Both the position numbers and the translations under genes were made by a program. This document shows positions 47,001 through 55,831 of a stretch of 64,000 nucleotides of DNA, one piece after another; position 1 is the first letter of the stretch; every line of letters begins with the position of its first letter. The notes beneath the pieces are model-generated. The model worked only from the letters and a program-made list of their open reading frames with translations. It made no database searches and had not been told where the DNA came from. Source of the stretch: Candidatus Iainarchaeum sp. (GTDB lineage: Archaea > Iainarchaeota > Iainarchaeia > Iainarchaeales > VGJJ01); assembly GCA_043803765.1 (NCBI GenBank), contig JAZDJQ010000001.1, forward strand, positions 1 through 64,000, written 5' to 3'.

Positions 47001-48608
47001 AGTACCCTTGATAATAACACGGCTCCTGCTTTTGCTATTTATCGCTGGATTGCTGAAACGGATAGCAATGGAGAACGTATCGTGAGTCGATTTAATGCTT
47101 CCGAGATGTGTCCTATTACAACGGCGGCAATGCGCCAAAACACTAAAGCGGGAAACGTATCGAGTGTTACTTTTAATCGGGGGGACAAAATCGTGGTGGA
47201 GGTCTTGGCGGCAGTGAATTCCACTGTCCCGCCGCCTACTAGTCGTACTATTAGTTATCGTTTTGGAAATTCGAGTACCCCAAATGATGGTAATGTTATT
47301 CTTCCTTCGGGTGTTACGTTGCGTTTTGTCGGAGACGCTAATACGATGTTGGTTTCTCCGTCGAATGATTCGAATAAGGCGATTAATGTTCCTTTTGTAG
47401 TGGATACGAATGCGACGTGCGAGCCCCATTTGGATAATGAGTCCTCTTATTTTGATTGTGGGGATGTGAATGCGGTTCTCCAGTATTGCGTCCTCTCTTC
47501 CGGTCAGTGTGGGTCATTCTCCGACATGAATTCGGATTCTTCTTCTCCTTTGTATATTTCAAGCGGTTCTTTTGTGCAGAGTGATGATGTTCTCAATATG
47601 AGTGACACGAATACGTTTTCTTTTACTGTTTCCGGGACGCAGGTTGGGAGTTACACGTTGCGTTCCAAGGTTGATGGGGATTGGCTTCTTGCTACTAAGT
47701 ATTCTAGTGGTGCGAATGATCGTAATATCACTATTTATGTTCCCCCCGATATTAACATCACCAAACTGGATGGTTATCTGGATACTGGCGATTTTCCTGT
47801 TTTCAATTATTTTGTTGATGGAAATCTCATGATTGATTTTAATGTGTTAAGTGTTGATAGGAATAGTTTGTTGTTGGATTTGAATTATTCTTCTTCTGCT
47901 TCCCCGTATACGGGAACGGCGGTTGTGGATGATGTTAATTTGTCATTGCTTCCTTCTTCGGGTTCTTGGTATTGTGATGATACTGATTTCACTGATATGA
48001 CTACTTGTGGGATTGATTGGAATATTTCAGCAGTAGCGGATGGTAATTATTGGATTCATGCTACGTTATCCGATTCGTTGAATAATATTGATATCGATGT
48101 TTCCGATCGGAATGTGGGAATTGGGAATTTTGTTCCGCCTGATTATTCTTTTGTTCTTTTCCTTCCTTCTTCGGGTTGTACATTAGGGAAGGGTAATATT
48201 ACGGGGGGTGTTTCCTGTCAAAAGGGATACATGGAGTCCACCGACACGACGGGTGTTTCGGATGCTAATCAGATTGCTCCAGAGGGTCAGTCTGCCTCGG
48301 TTCCTTTTTTTGTTTATGATAATCAGTCTTCTACTTCTTCTGATTTGAATATTGTTTTGGATTTGAATACTGCTCTTTCTGCAGAGCTTCGTCTTAAGGC
48401 TTCCTTGAGTGCTTCCGGGTATGAATCGGGTTGTTCGGGTGATACTGCTGTTGGGTGTATTCTTCTTTCTACTTCTACTCAAAATATTGGTAAGGCGGTT
48501 TATTCGGTTGGTTCGCAGGATTTGAATGTCTGGTTTTGGGGTGATTTTGTTTTGGCTTCGGTTGGGAGTTCGGATGTGAATGTGGATAGTAACAGCATCA
48601 GTCCGTGA
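44031..48608 (+). CDS. Giant secreted multi-domain surface protein with C-terminal subunit-like domain
   Basis: Signal peptide, Ig/MG2-like domains (IYRPGETAEFEIVVLD), no C-terminal TM; last ~155 aa resemble 5965..6603. Confidence 0.75.
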   Translation: MSFVHGRVLIHCLSVLFLVAVISWPVIGQELIVERVLPDAPLFSIISPLDNDGVSGDVLFIIKPSSPLSRSSIRLMDRSSDFVSSFSESESYTVSWPSLSVRDGEYSFEISACDDSRCETRELSVRVRNGLEDVSVSPDDSTVSPVSDDSIPSGSSSSPSSSRPDVRESNRSSSTISVTPSNHVGAFSLYRGSTQKNSTGDDFVIRPGSYSVDAHFLENALNVHVENVRLDSSNVLFFFENDVLDSFSIGKVKYSVSRSSSLSIPYSFGSASLDLAGEPLSYNWICLSWSRSREKCESEWVSPSSSLFTFDFVSSVVVLAHAAPVAVPTAPAGVPTPVSTVSPVVRPVVVSPGVVSPPVVSHDDVVSLSASNLPARAILFDGNGNEIRSSSGRFDVAKGVYDVGIFFIDSPIGFVFLENVRVDQNGVLLIADDSVDYSSISSPPDSNWLGIVSFDSEYSFSAGLVSIRPPESVSGYFECSSWDVREKKCSVSFEPVSSSDSMGDLSPLFSRFRESLPDSAQFSFVSLPLAYGWSVSPMNILLEQPLLSFAANDIPHMKATVSNYFIDSGDVPIVASLTFPDGSVHDLDSNAIVPLSSGEFDIFPFRPRNFVPGLYTITVKGKSNSESLVSSRPSVVSFSPPSSSPSSLSFASPPVSASRSFYWGLVAVNTMHSIYRPGETAEFEIVVLDKESFGVKGASVTLSITSPISGSSSVLSTPSGILETTTPGIYIAKLPVTEEGTYRVLVDALADGIDSSIQTTFDVHSRYDFDIVRWTATKIDPARLPVPVELTISPVSSTVKNVTVREFVPKEFDIVSDQNVWVYETANEKVIEWRSVALDSNAPAVLSYSYSVPDLKPWLYLLGPIEVSPISSIPSPRDSFWEARSWMVAVDENPTSKLFFRRTGFRTVAVEPSPNDVNCGVGCDIDSYLAGVQSLYNLSDINGTTTDTNAGVTGTTAGIKKYFSAVSWALVPQTIVTSGTWMAGIACITGSTLDNNTAPAFAIYRWIAETDSNGERIVSRFNASEMCPITTAAMRQNTKAGNVSSVTFNRGDKIVVEVLAAVNSTVPPPTSRTISYRFGNSSTPNDGNVILPSGVTLRFVGDANTMLVSPSNDSNKAINVPFVVDTNATCEPHLDNESSYFDCGDVNAVLQYCVLSSGQCGSFSDMNSDSSSPLYISSGSFVQSDDVLNMSDTNTFSFTVSGTQVGSYTLRSKVDGDWLLATKYSSGANDRNITIYVPPDINITKLDGYLDTGDFPVFNYFVDGNLMIDFNVLSVDRNSLLLDLNYSSSASPYTGTAVVDDVNLSLLPSSGSWYCDDTDFTDMTTCGIDWNISAVADGNYWIHATLSDSLNNIDIDVSDRNVGIGNFVPPDYSFVLFLPSSGCTLGKGNITGGVSCQKGYMESTDTTGVSDANQIAPEGQSASVPFFVYDNQSSTSSDLNIVLDLNTALSAELRLKASLSASGYESGCSGDTAVGCILLSTSTQNIGKAVYSVGSQDLNVWFWGDFVLASVGSSDVNVDSNSISP

Positions 48609-48830
48609 TAAGGTCATTCCCGTGTTTTTCTTTCCCTTTGCAGGATATTTTTAGTGGAGTTGGGGGTGTTTCTTCCTCGGGTTGTTTTTTTCCCGGATGG
48701 TCTTTTTTTAAATGGTTTCTCGGCCTTTCCTACTATGATACATCCTGCCAATAATTAGGCTGTCATGTGGGGCGAGTTGTTTCTCACGTGTTGGTAGTTG
48801 GTAGGAGTATTTTCATTGTAGTGGAAAATT

Positions 48831-48904
48831 GGGGCCATAGCTCAGTCTGGTAGAGCAGCGGACTCTTAATCCGCGTGTCGAGGGTTCAAATCCCTCTGGC
48901 CTCG
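48831..48904 (+). tRNA. tRNA-Lys (CTT)
   Basis: Cloverleaf; anticodon arm GCGGA-CT-CTT-AA-TCCGC. Confidence 0.95.
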
Positions 48905-48912
48905 TTTGTTAT

Positions 48913-48974
48913 TTTTTTCCCCGGGGTTTTTTCTGTGAAGAAAAAAGGCCGGTTCTGAATCCCTCTGGCCTCGT
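48913..48974 (+). repeat. tRNA-linked hairpin unit plus copy of the tRNA-Lys(CTT) 3' end
   Basis: 38-mer identical to 50153-50190, then GGTTCTGAATCCCTCTGGCCTCGT. Confidence 0.85.
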
Positions 48975-49023
48975 CTTGTTTTTTTCCCATTCAGAGGATT
49001 GCAATAGAGCCCCCTTGTTCCTA

Positions 49024-49779
49024 TTATTTTCTCTTGAGCGCTTCCGTAAAAGATTTGATTCCTTCAAACAGGTCCACGGGGACGAGGATGACCGTGTTGC
49101 TAGGCGTTGGTCCTAATCCATCGATGGATTGGAGTGTTCGTAGTTGCATGGCCCCTTGCGTTTCTCCCATGATGCGTGCGGCTTCTGCGAGGTTCTTTGC
49201 TGCGAGCTTGTCTCCTTCGCTTTTGGTGATGTTCGCTCGTTTCTCTCTTTCCGCGCTTGCCTGTCTTGACATGATTCGTTTCAGGTCTTCCGGCATCTCA
49301 ATGTCTTGCATTTTGATGCTTTCTATTTCCAGCCCCCATTGTTTGCTTTCTTTTTCTACGATGGCTGCTATTTGTTCCCCTATTTTTTGTCTTTCCGCCA
49401 GCACGTCATCTAGGTTCATGTTTCCTATCACATCGCGTAGTGCGGTTTGAGCATATTGGGATACCGCGTATACGTAATCTTGTACGTGGATGATTGCTTT
49501 TTGTGCATCTTCGACTCTAAAATATACAACTCCATTGATTGCAACTGGAACATTGTCTTTGGTGATGGCTTGCTGTCTTGGAATGTCCATGGTGAGCACG
49601 CGCATGTCCACGGTTACACTGCGGTCGATGATGGGGATGATGAAATTGAGTCCGGGGGATAGTGTTCCTTTGTATTTTCCTAGCCGGAAAATGACGGCTG
49701 TTTCATATTGTTGAATGAGTCGAATGCTGGCGACGATAATTAAACCCACTACTGCAATTCCAACAAATTCCCATACCAT
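49024..49779 (-). CDS. SPFH/band 7 (stomatin-like) protein
   Basis: FRLGK..PGLNFIIPIID, ITKDNV, AQTALRDVIG, AMQLRTLQ. Confidence 0.93.
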   Translation of the reverse strand: MVWEFVGIAVVGLIIVASIRLIQQYETAVIFRLGKYKGTLSPGLNFIIPIIDRSVTVDMRVLTMDIPRQQAITKDNVPVAINGVVYFRVEDAQKAIIHVQDYVYAVSQYAQTALRDVIGNMNLDDVLAERQKIGEQIAAIVEKESKQWGLEIESIKMQDIEMPEDLKRIMSRQASAEREKRANITKSEGDKLAAKNLAEAARIMGETQGAMQLRTLQSIDGLGPTPSNTVILVPVDLFEGIKSFTEALKRK

Positions 49780-49978
49780 GTTTTTGCCCCCTTGTTTATT
49801 CTTTCTTTCTTCCTATCTTTCTAAAAACCCCTTTCTTCACGGGTTGCTTTATAACCATTATTTGGTGATTTTCCTAGGTACATTGCCATGGTTGCGGTGG
49901 TGTTTTTTCCCCCCGCTGGCATTCGATGGACAGCAATGGGTTTTCCAACTCTTTGTTTTCCTGTATACGCTCAACGAG

Positions 49979-50052
49979 GGGGCCGTAGCTCAGCCTGGTA
50001 GAGCAGCGGACTTTTAATCCGCGTGCCGTGGGTTCAAATCCCACCGGCCTCG
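49979..50052 (+). tRNA. tRNA-Lys (TTT)
   Basis: Cloverleaf; GCGGA-CT-TTT-AA-TCCGC. Confidence 0.95.
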
Positions 50053-50107
50053 TTCGTGCGTAATCTCGCGTGGTGAGGAAGTAAGGGTTTCTTTTCAGGA
50101 ACCCAGA

Positions 50108-50264
50108 TTCCCGTGTTTTTTTTCTGGTTAGAAAAAGGCCGTTGCGTAGCCATTTTTTCCCCGGGGTTTTTTCTGTGAAGAAAAAAGGCCGTTGCGACAG
50201 CAATTTTTCCCCGGGGTTTTTGCCCAAAGGCAAAAAGGCCGGTTCTGAATCCCACCGGCCTCGT
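50108..50264 (+). repeat. Three ~50-nt hairpin repeats plus copy of the tRNA-Lys(TTT) 3' end
   Basis: Units end AAAAAGGCC at 50140, 50190 and 50240, then GGTTCTGAATCCCACCGGCCTCGT. Confidence 0.85.
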
Positions 50265-50373
50265 TGTTATTTTTTCCCCCTATTAACCCGTTTGCTATTT
50301 TTTTCTTACCCAAACCTTTTTTTCCTCCAGTTGTGCTTAATTGTTCTATAATACTTTCGGGAGGTATTTCCTT

Positions 50374-50934
50374 ATGGTTCGAAAATCGGTTCCTAAAAAA
50401 TCATCCAAAAAGTCCCTTTCGGTGGATGTGAACGCATCTTCTCCTTCTTTTGAGATGAGTGCGCTTCATTCCCAGCTTCGTAGTATGCAGGAGCGTATGG
50501 ATCGGTTGTTTAATTCTTCTTTGTTTGAGGATCCTCTTACGGGTTTGTCTCTTTCTGTTCCATTGCGTTTTCCTTTGAGGGGAATGTCTTCTGATTTTCC
50601 TCTTGCGCGTCCTCTTTCTGATTTTTATGAGACGAAAACGCAGGTGTGTGCGGATGTTGATTTGCCCGGGATAGAGAAGAAGGATATTCAACTGAATGTT
50701 TCTCAGGATAGGGTGGAGATTAAAGCATCCAAATCTCATGAGTCAAGGGAAGATACGAAGGGAGAATTTCGTATGGAGCGTTCCTATTCTGGTTTTTATC
50801 GTACGTTTACGTTGCCTTCGCATGCCGATACGTCTAAGTTGCATGCGACATTTGAGAATGGAGTGCTTCACCTGCGTATTCCCAAGCGTAAGTCGTCTTC
50901 TTCTCCTTCTTCGCGTCGTGTTCCGGTTGAATAG
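50374..50934 (+). CDS. Small heat shock protein Hsp20
   Basis: DLPGIEKKDI, ERSYSGFYRTFTLP, ATFENGVLHLRIPK. Confidence 0.93.
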   Translation: MVRKSVPKKSSKKSLSVDVNASSPSFEMSALHSQLRSMQERMDRLFNSSLFEDPLTGLSLSVPLRFPLRGMSSDFPLARPLSDFYETKTQVCADVDLPGIEKKDIQLNVSQDRVEIKASKSHESREDTKGEFRMERSYSGFYRTFTLPSHADTSKLHATFENGVLHLRIPKRKSSSSPSSRRVPVE

Positions 50935-50994
50935 TGGCAGGTTTTTTTTTCTTCCTGCCTTCTTTCTTATAAACTCGGCTCGTTTCTTACTATT

Positions 50995-51183
50995 ATGGTT
51001 TCAACTAGGGTATTGCATCGTTCTACGAATGACCGTATTTTGGGCGGGGTGTGCGGGGGCATTGCGGAGCATTATGGGTTGGATTCTTCTATTGTTCGTT
51101 TGGGTTGGATTCTTCTTTCTCTTATTTGGGGTATTGGAATCGTTTTGTATATTGCGGCTTGGCTTATTATTCCAAAAAAGTGA
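50995..51183 (+). CDS. PspC domain protein
   Basis: LHRSTNDRILGGVCGGIAEHYG..YIAAWLIIP. Confidence 0.92.
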   Translation: MVSTRVLHRSTNDRILGGVCGGIAEHYGLDSSIVRLGWILLSLIWGIGIVLYIAAWLIIPKK

Positions 51184-51225
51184 TGTTCGGTTTGTCTATC
51201 CTTTATAATATCTAATTTTCTTCTT

Positions 51226-51960
51226 TTGGTTATGCCTTCTTCTTCTATTATTGAAGCAAGGAAAATCACCAAGACGTACACGTTGGGCGAAGTTCCTTTG
51301 CATGTGTTGAAAGGGGTTGATGTTCAACTCAAGCGCGGGGAGTATGTTTCGATTACGGGTCCTTCGGGTTCGGGTAAAACGACTCTTCTTGATGTTCTTT
51401 CCGGTCTCTTGCGTCCTTCTTCAGGGGATGTGTTGATTAATGGTAATAAGGTTTCGGATATGGATGATAATGAGTTGGCTTTGGTGAGGGGTCAAACGAT
51501 TGGTTTTGTTTTTCAAACATTTAATTTGATTAATCGTATGACGGCCGTAGAGAACGTGATGCTTCCTCTTTGGTTTCAAGGCATTCCTCTAGTTGAGCGT
51601 AAATCTCTTGCGGAGAAAACCCTTTCGGATGTGGGGTTAGGTGATCGTCTTTATCATAAGCCCACTCAGCTTTCAGGTGGTCAACGTCAGCGGGTAGCGA
51701 TTGCTCGTGCTCTTGCAACGAATCCGGATGTTATTGTGGCGGACGAACCAACAGGTAATTTGGATTCGGTGGCAGGTGCCTCCATTCTGAATATTCTGGA
51801 TTCGCTTCATCAAAAGCAGAAGAAAACCATTCTGGTGGTGACGCATGAGAAGTATGTTGCGGAGCGTGCCGAGCGTATCATTAATATTAAGGATGGTCTT
51901 ATTCAGTCTAGTCATGTTGTTAAAAAATCCCGTTCGAGGGTGAAGGAGGACTATAAATGA
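51226..51960 (+). CDS. ABC transporter ATP-binding protein (LolD/MacB-like)
   Basis: GPSGSGKT, LSGGQRQRVAIARAL, ADEPTGNLD. Confidence 0.95.
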   Translation: MVMPSSSIIEARKITKTYTLGEVPLHVLKGVDVQLKRGEYVSITGPSGSGKTTLLDVLSGLLRPSSGDVLINGNKVSDMDDNELALVRGQTIGFVFQTFNLINRMTAVENVMLPLWFQGIPLVERKSLAEKTLSDVGLGDRLYHKPTQLSGGQRQRVAIARALATNPDVIVADEPTGNLDSVAGASILNILDSLHQKQKKTILVVTHEKYVAERAERIINIKDGLIQSSHVVKKSRSRVKEDYK

Positions 51961-53198
51961 AATATATCGTGTTGGCCATTTTGGCTTTTTGTATGCTGGC
52001 GGGTCTGGCTCATGCGCAATTGGTAACCGTGTCATCGTATAATATTGATCCTTCTCCTACCATTCCCGGTCAAACGTTCACCTTGTATGCGTATGTCTAC
52101 AATAGTTCTCCTATTTCGGCTATTGATACTGTTTTTACTCTTGAGCTGGGTTCTGATACTACCGATTCTTCTTTTCCTTTTTCCATTGAGCCTACTGATA
52201 CGCTCACGCGTAGTTTGGGAACCGTTCTTGGTTTTTCCACGGTGCTAGTGAAATATCAGATTCAGGTTGACCCGGCTGCATTAGATGGGCAGTACACGAT
52301 TAATTTGAAGGCGTCTTCCCAAAATCAATCGGGCGGGGTGCTTCCGATTGTGATTAATATTGTTGCGCGTAAGCCTATTCTTTCTATTATTCAGTCTTCT
52401 CCTACGCAAGTAGAAATTGGTCATACGGATTCTTTGCAGCTTACATTGAAAAATACGGGTTCTTCTACTGCTACTAATATTTTAGTTAGTTTGCAGGAGG
52501 ACCGAACGGTGACAAGTACGGGTGCTGTTGTTGAGCGTGATATTGTTCCATTGGGTGCTTCTACTCAATTTGTTTCCTCGTTAGGGGTGGGCAGTACTAC
52601 GATTGTGAATGTTCCTATTTTGGTTAATCCTTCTGCTTCCTCCAAGCCCTATTATGTTCCGGTAACAATAGAGTATTATGATGAAAACAAGTCATTGTAT
52701 ACGGAAACGAGTTATCTCGGATTAAAGGTGGTGGGCAGTCCTAATTTGGAAGCCATTGTTGCAGATGCTGAACCATTGCTTGTTCCCGGGGGAAAGTCTC
52801 GTTTGACGATTGATTTGTTCAATAATGGTTTGGGTCCTGCTAAGTTTGTTCAGGCTCAAGTGGATGCAGGTTTCTTTTCCATTCCTTCGGACGCATTTTT
52901 CATTGGCACCATTGAGTCGGATGATTTTGATTCTCTTCTATTGGATGGAATTGTTTCTTCTTCTGTTTCTCCTGGGGAGTATCCGGTGGATGTTCATATT
53001 CAATACAAGAATGAGTTTGGCGACTCGTTTTCATTTACCAAGGTAGTGAATGTTCGTGTTTATAGTCCGGGGGACGTTCCTTCTGCGAATGGGGATAATG
53101 GTTTTCCCATTTGGATTTTTCTCATTGTGATAGTGGGGATTGGATACTGGTGGTTTAAGATTCGTAAGAAAAAGAATGGGAATGGTAATGGAAAGTGA
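51957..53198 (+). CDS. COG1361 S-layer-domain protein
   Basis: Signal peptide, tandem Ig-like domains (LKNTGSSTATNI), C-terminal TM; typical position between ABC ATPase and permease. Confidence 0.8.
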   Translation: MKYIVLAILAFCMLAGLAHAQLVTVSSYNIDPSPTIPGQTFTLYAYVYNSSPISAIDTVFTLELGSDTTDSSFPFSIEPTDTLTRSLGTVLGFSTVLVKYQIQVDPAALDGQYTINLKASSQNQSGGVLPIVINIVARKPILSIIQSSPTQVEIGHTDSLQLTLKNTGSSTATNILVSLQEDRTVTSTGAVVERDIVPLGASTQFVSSLGVGSTTIVNVPILVNPSASSKPYYVPVTIEYYDENKSLYTETSYLGLKVVGSPNLEAIVADAEPLLVPGGKSRLTIDLFNNGLGPAKFVQAQVDAGFFSIPSDAFFIGTIESDDFDSLLLDGIVSSSVSPGEYPVDVHIQYKNEFGDSFSFTKVVNVRVYSPGDVPSANGDNGFPIWIFLIVIVGIGYWWFKIRKKKNGNGNGK

Positions 53199-53219
53199 TT
53201 CGGGGGAGCTTTTTTTTCC

Positions 53220-54446
53220 ATGAATCCTTTAACTGAGGTTCCATCTTTTGCTTTGAGTAATTTGACTCATCAGGGACTGCGTTCCTATCTTACATTGTTG
53301 GGCGTAGTCATTGGGATTGCGGCGATTGTTACTTTGTTTTCGTTAGGTTCCGGTCTCAATAATGCGGCGACGGAGCAATTTGAGAAACTAGGAAGCAATA
53401 CTCTCTTCGTTGCTCCTGCGGGTTCTTCCGGCGCGGGGGGAAATGCCCCTAGTACGAATGTTAAGACTCTTTCTCAATCCACGGTTGATAAGATTAAGGC
53501 CATTCCTCAAGTGGAGTTGGTGTTGGCCCCATTAGCATCATCGGCAAGTATTGCTTTTGGTCGTGAGGTGGTGCAGGCTTCTTTTATTGCAACTACCGCA
53601 GAAGAGGGGAAGGCGTTTGTAGATACGGGTTTTGTTGAATTGGATGAGGGTCGTGATTTGGAGAATAAGGATGTTTTTTCTGTTGTTGTTGGGAACACTC
53701 TTGCTAAGGATGCGTTTAGTAAAGAAATTCGTCTTGGTGATAAAATTGATATTGAGGGTCATTCTTTCAGGGTGGTGGGTATTACTAAGGCGAATGCTCA
53801 ATCCTTTGGTGGGGGTCCTAATACGAATAATACTATTTTTGGTACTAAGAAGGGGTTTAATCAATTGTTTGCTGAAACGAATCCTGTTTTTCTTTTGGTG
53901 AAAACCACTTCTCGTGATGATGTTGATTTGGTTAAGAGTAAAATTGATCGTCTGTTTGAATCGATTTATGGGAAAGACCAAAAAGTATTTGCCGTTGCTA
54001 CAAGTGACCAGTTGCTTGAACAATTGGGCCAATTTTTGGCGATTATTCAATTAGTGTTAGTAGGAATTGCGTCTATTTCTTTGCTTGTTGGCGGTATTGG
54101 TATTATGAATACGATGATTATGTCCGTGTTAGAGAGAACGAGTGAGATTGGGGTGATGAAGGCGATTGGGGCTACTAACACTCTTGTATTGAGTGTTTTT
54201 ATTGCCGAAGCAGGTTTTATTGGTTTGGTTGGGGGTATTTTTGGTGTGCTGATTGGGTATGCTCTTGCATTTACCGTGGGTGCTATTTCGATTGCCTCGG
54301 GTCTTGCGTTAAGAGTAGAACTTGACCCTTTTCTTGTTGGGGGGTCTCTTCTTTTTGCTATGATTGTGGGAATGGTTTCAGGTCTTATTCCTGCACGAAG
54401 GGCGGCACGCATGGATCCGGTGGTGGCATTACGTGGAATTGAATAG
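53220..54446 (+). CDS. ABC transporter permease (MacB/FtsX family)
   Basis: RSYLTLLGVVIGIAA, GGIGIMNTM..ERTSEIG, PARRAARMDPVVALR. Confidence 0.93.
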   Translation: MNPLTEVPSFALSNLTHQGLRSYLTLLGVVIGIAAIVTLFSLGSGLNNAATEQFEKLGSNTLFVAPAGSSGAGGNAPSTNVKTLSQSTVDKIKAIPQVELVLAPLASSASIAFGREVVQASFIATTAEEGKAFVDTGFVELDEGRDLENKDVFSVVVGNTLAKDAFSKEIRLGDKIDIEGHSFRVVGITKANAQSFGGGPNTNNTIFGTKKGFNQLFAETNPVFLLVKTTSRDDVDLVKSKIDRLFESIYGKDQKVFAVATSDQLLEQLGQFLAIIQLVLVGIASISLLVGGIGIMNTMIMSVLERTSEIGVMKAIGATNTLVLSVFIAEAGFIGLVGGIFGVLIGYALAFTVGAISIASGLALRVELDPFLVGGSLLFAMIVGMVSGLIPARRAARMDPVVALRGIE

Positions 54447-54482
54447 AGTTCTTTTATTTTCATTAATTATTATTTTGCATTT

Positions 54483-55706
54483 ATGAATCCAATAATGGAA
54501 GTTCCTTTATTCGCGTTGCGTAATTTGAAACAGCAGTCTCTTCGTTCCGCGCTCACGTTTTCGGGTGTCATCATTGGGGTGGCGGCTATTATTACATTGT
54601 TTACATTGTCAGCTGGTCTGAATGAGGTGGTTGAACAACAATTCGAGCAATTAGGGAGCAATACGTTGTATGTTTTTCCTTCGGCTCTTTTTTCTGGAAG
54701 TGGAGTGTCTTCGATTAATCTCAAAACTCTTTCTGAGAGTACGCAGGATAAAATAAGATTTGTTCCAGAGGTGCAGTCCGTGCTTCCGCAGGTGTATGCG
54801 CAGGGAACGATGCAGCAGGGAAAAGAAAAATCTCTTGTATACATTGTGGGTTCTTCTCCTTCGGATGTGCAGGACTACATGGATGCGGGTTTTCTTGTGG
54901 TAACAGAGGGGCGTATCTTTAAGTCAAATGAAACATTTTCTGTTTTGGTTGGGGAGGATCTCGTTGAAGACGCGTTCACCAATCCCATTCGTCTTGGAGG
55001 CAGTCTCATTATTGAGGGAAAATCATTCAAGGTAATCGGCTTCATGTCTCAGCCATCTAAGGTGGCAGGTGACCCCTCTTCTCCATCTAATTCTCTTATG
55101 ATTTCAGACAAGGGGTTTGCACAGCTTTTTTCTCAAGTAGACCCGTTATTTCTTCTCGTCAAGGTGAATACTGCATTGGATGTAACGCCGGCAAAAGAAA
55201 AAATCGAGCGAGTATTAGAGAAAGTGTATGGGAAGGACCAGCCTTATTTTTTAGTATACACGTCAGAGCAACTTCTTGATCAATTTAATCAATTGTTTGG
55301 GATTGTGCAGCTTGTTCTCATTGGAATTGCGTCTATTTCTTTGCTTGTAGGTGGTATTGGTATTATGAATACGATGATTATGTCCGTGTTAGAGAGAACG
55401 AGTGAGATTGGTCTCATGAAAGCAGTAGGTGCCACCGATACGCTCGTATTGAGCGTTTTTCTTGCCGAAGCGGGCATTATTGGCTTAGTTGGAGGTATAT
55501 TTGGTTTGATTATTGGGTATGCTCTTGCATTCGTGGTGAAAATCGTTGCAGATGCCTCGGGTTTTGGTTTAGTGATTGAGTTGGATCCTTTTCTTATCGT
55601 GGGGGGTTTGCTTTTTTCCATTCTTATTGGCATGCTTTCAGGTTACATTCCTTCTCGCAATGCCGCAAAAATGGACCCAGTAGTTGCCATGCGTGGAACG
55701 ATTTAA
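54483..55706 (+). CDS. ABC transporter permease (MacB/FtsX family), tandem paralog
   Basis: Same motifs as the upstream gene. Confidence 0.93.
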   Translation: MNPIMEVPLFALRNLKQQSLRSALTFSGVIIGVAAIITLFTLSAGLNEVVEQQFEQLGSNTLYVFPSALFSGSGVSSINLKTLSESTQDKIRFVPEVQSVLPQVYAQGTMQQGKEKSLVYIVGSSPSDVQDYMDAGFLVVTEGRIFKSNETFSVLVGEDLVEDAFTNPIRLGGSLIIEGKSFKVIGFMSQPSKVAGDPSSPSNSLMISDKGFAQLFSQVDPLFLLVKVNTALDVTPAKEKIERVLEKVYGKDQPYFLVYTSEQLLDQFNQLFGIVQLVLIGIASISLLVGGIGIMNTMIMSVLERTSEIGLMKAVGATDTLVLSVFLAEAGIIGLVGGIFGLIIGYALAFVVKIVADASGFGLVIELDPFLIVGGLLFSILIGMLSGYIPSRNAAKMDPVVAMRGTI

Positions 55707-55757
55707 TGCTTTTCAAAAGCCCGTTTTATAAGCGTTCTGGGATGACTTTTCTTTATT

Positions 55758-55831
55758 GGGGCTGTAGCTCAGCCTGGGAGAGCACATCGCTGAAGACGAT
55801 GGTGTCGCGTGTTCAAATCACGCCAGCCCCA
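55758..55831 (+). tRNA. tRNA-Phe (GAA)
   Basis: Cloverleaf; CATCG-CT-GAA-GA-CGATG. Confidence 0.95.

Noticed and set aside
50108-50264. Possible CRISPR array
   Set aside because: Only three units with ~12-nt near-identical linkers, tied to tRNA ends, and no cas genes.
49874-50351. Short ORFs across tRNA-Lys and its repeats
   Set aside because: They overlap tRNA and repeat sequence; no coding signal.
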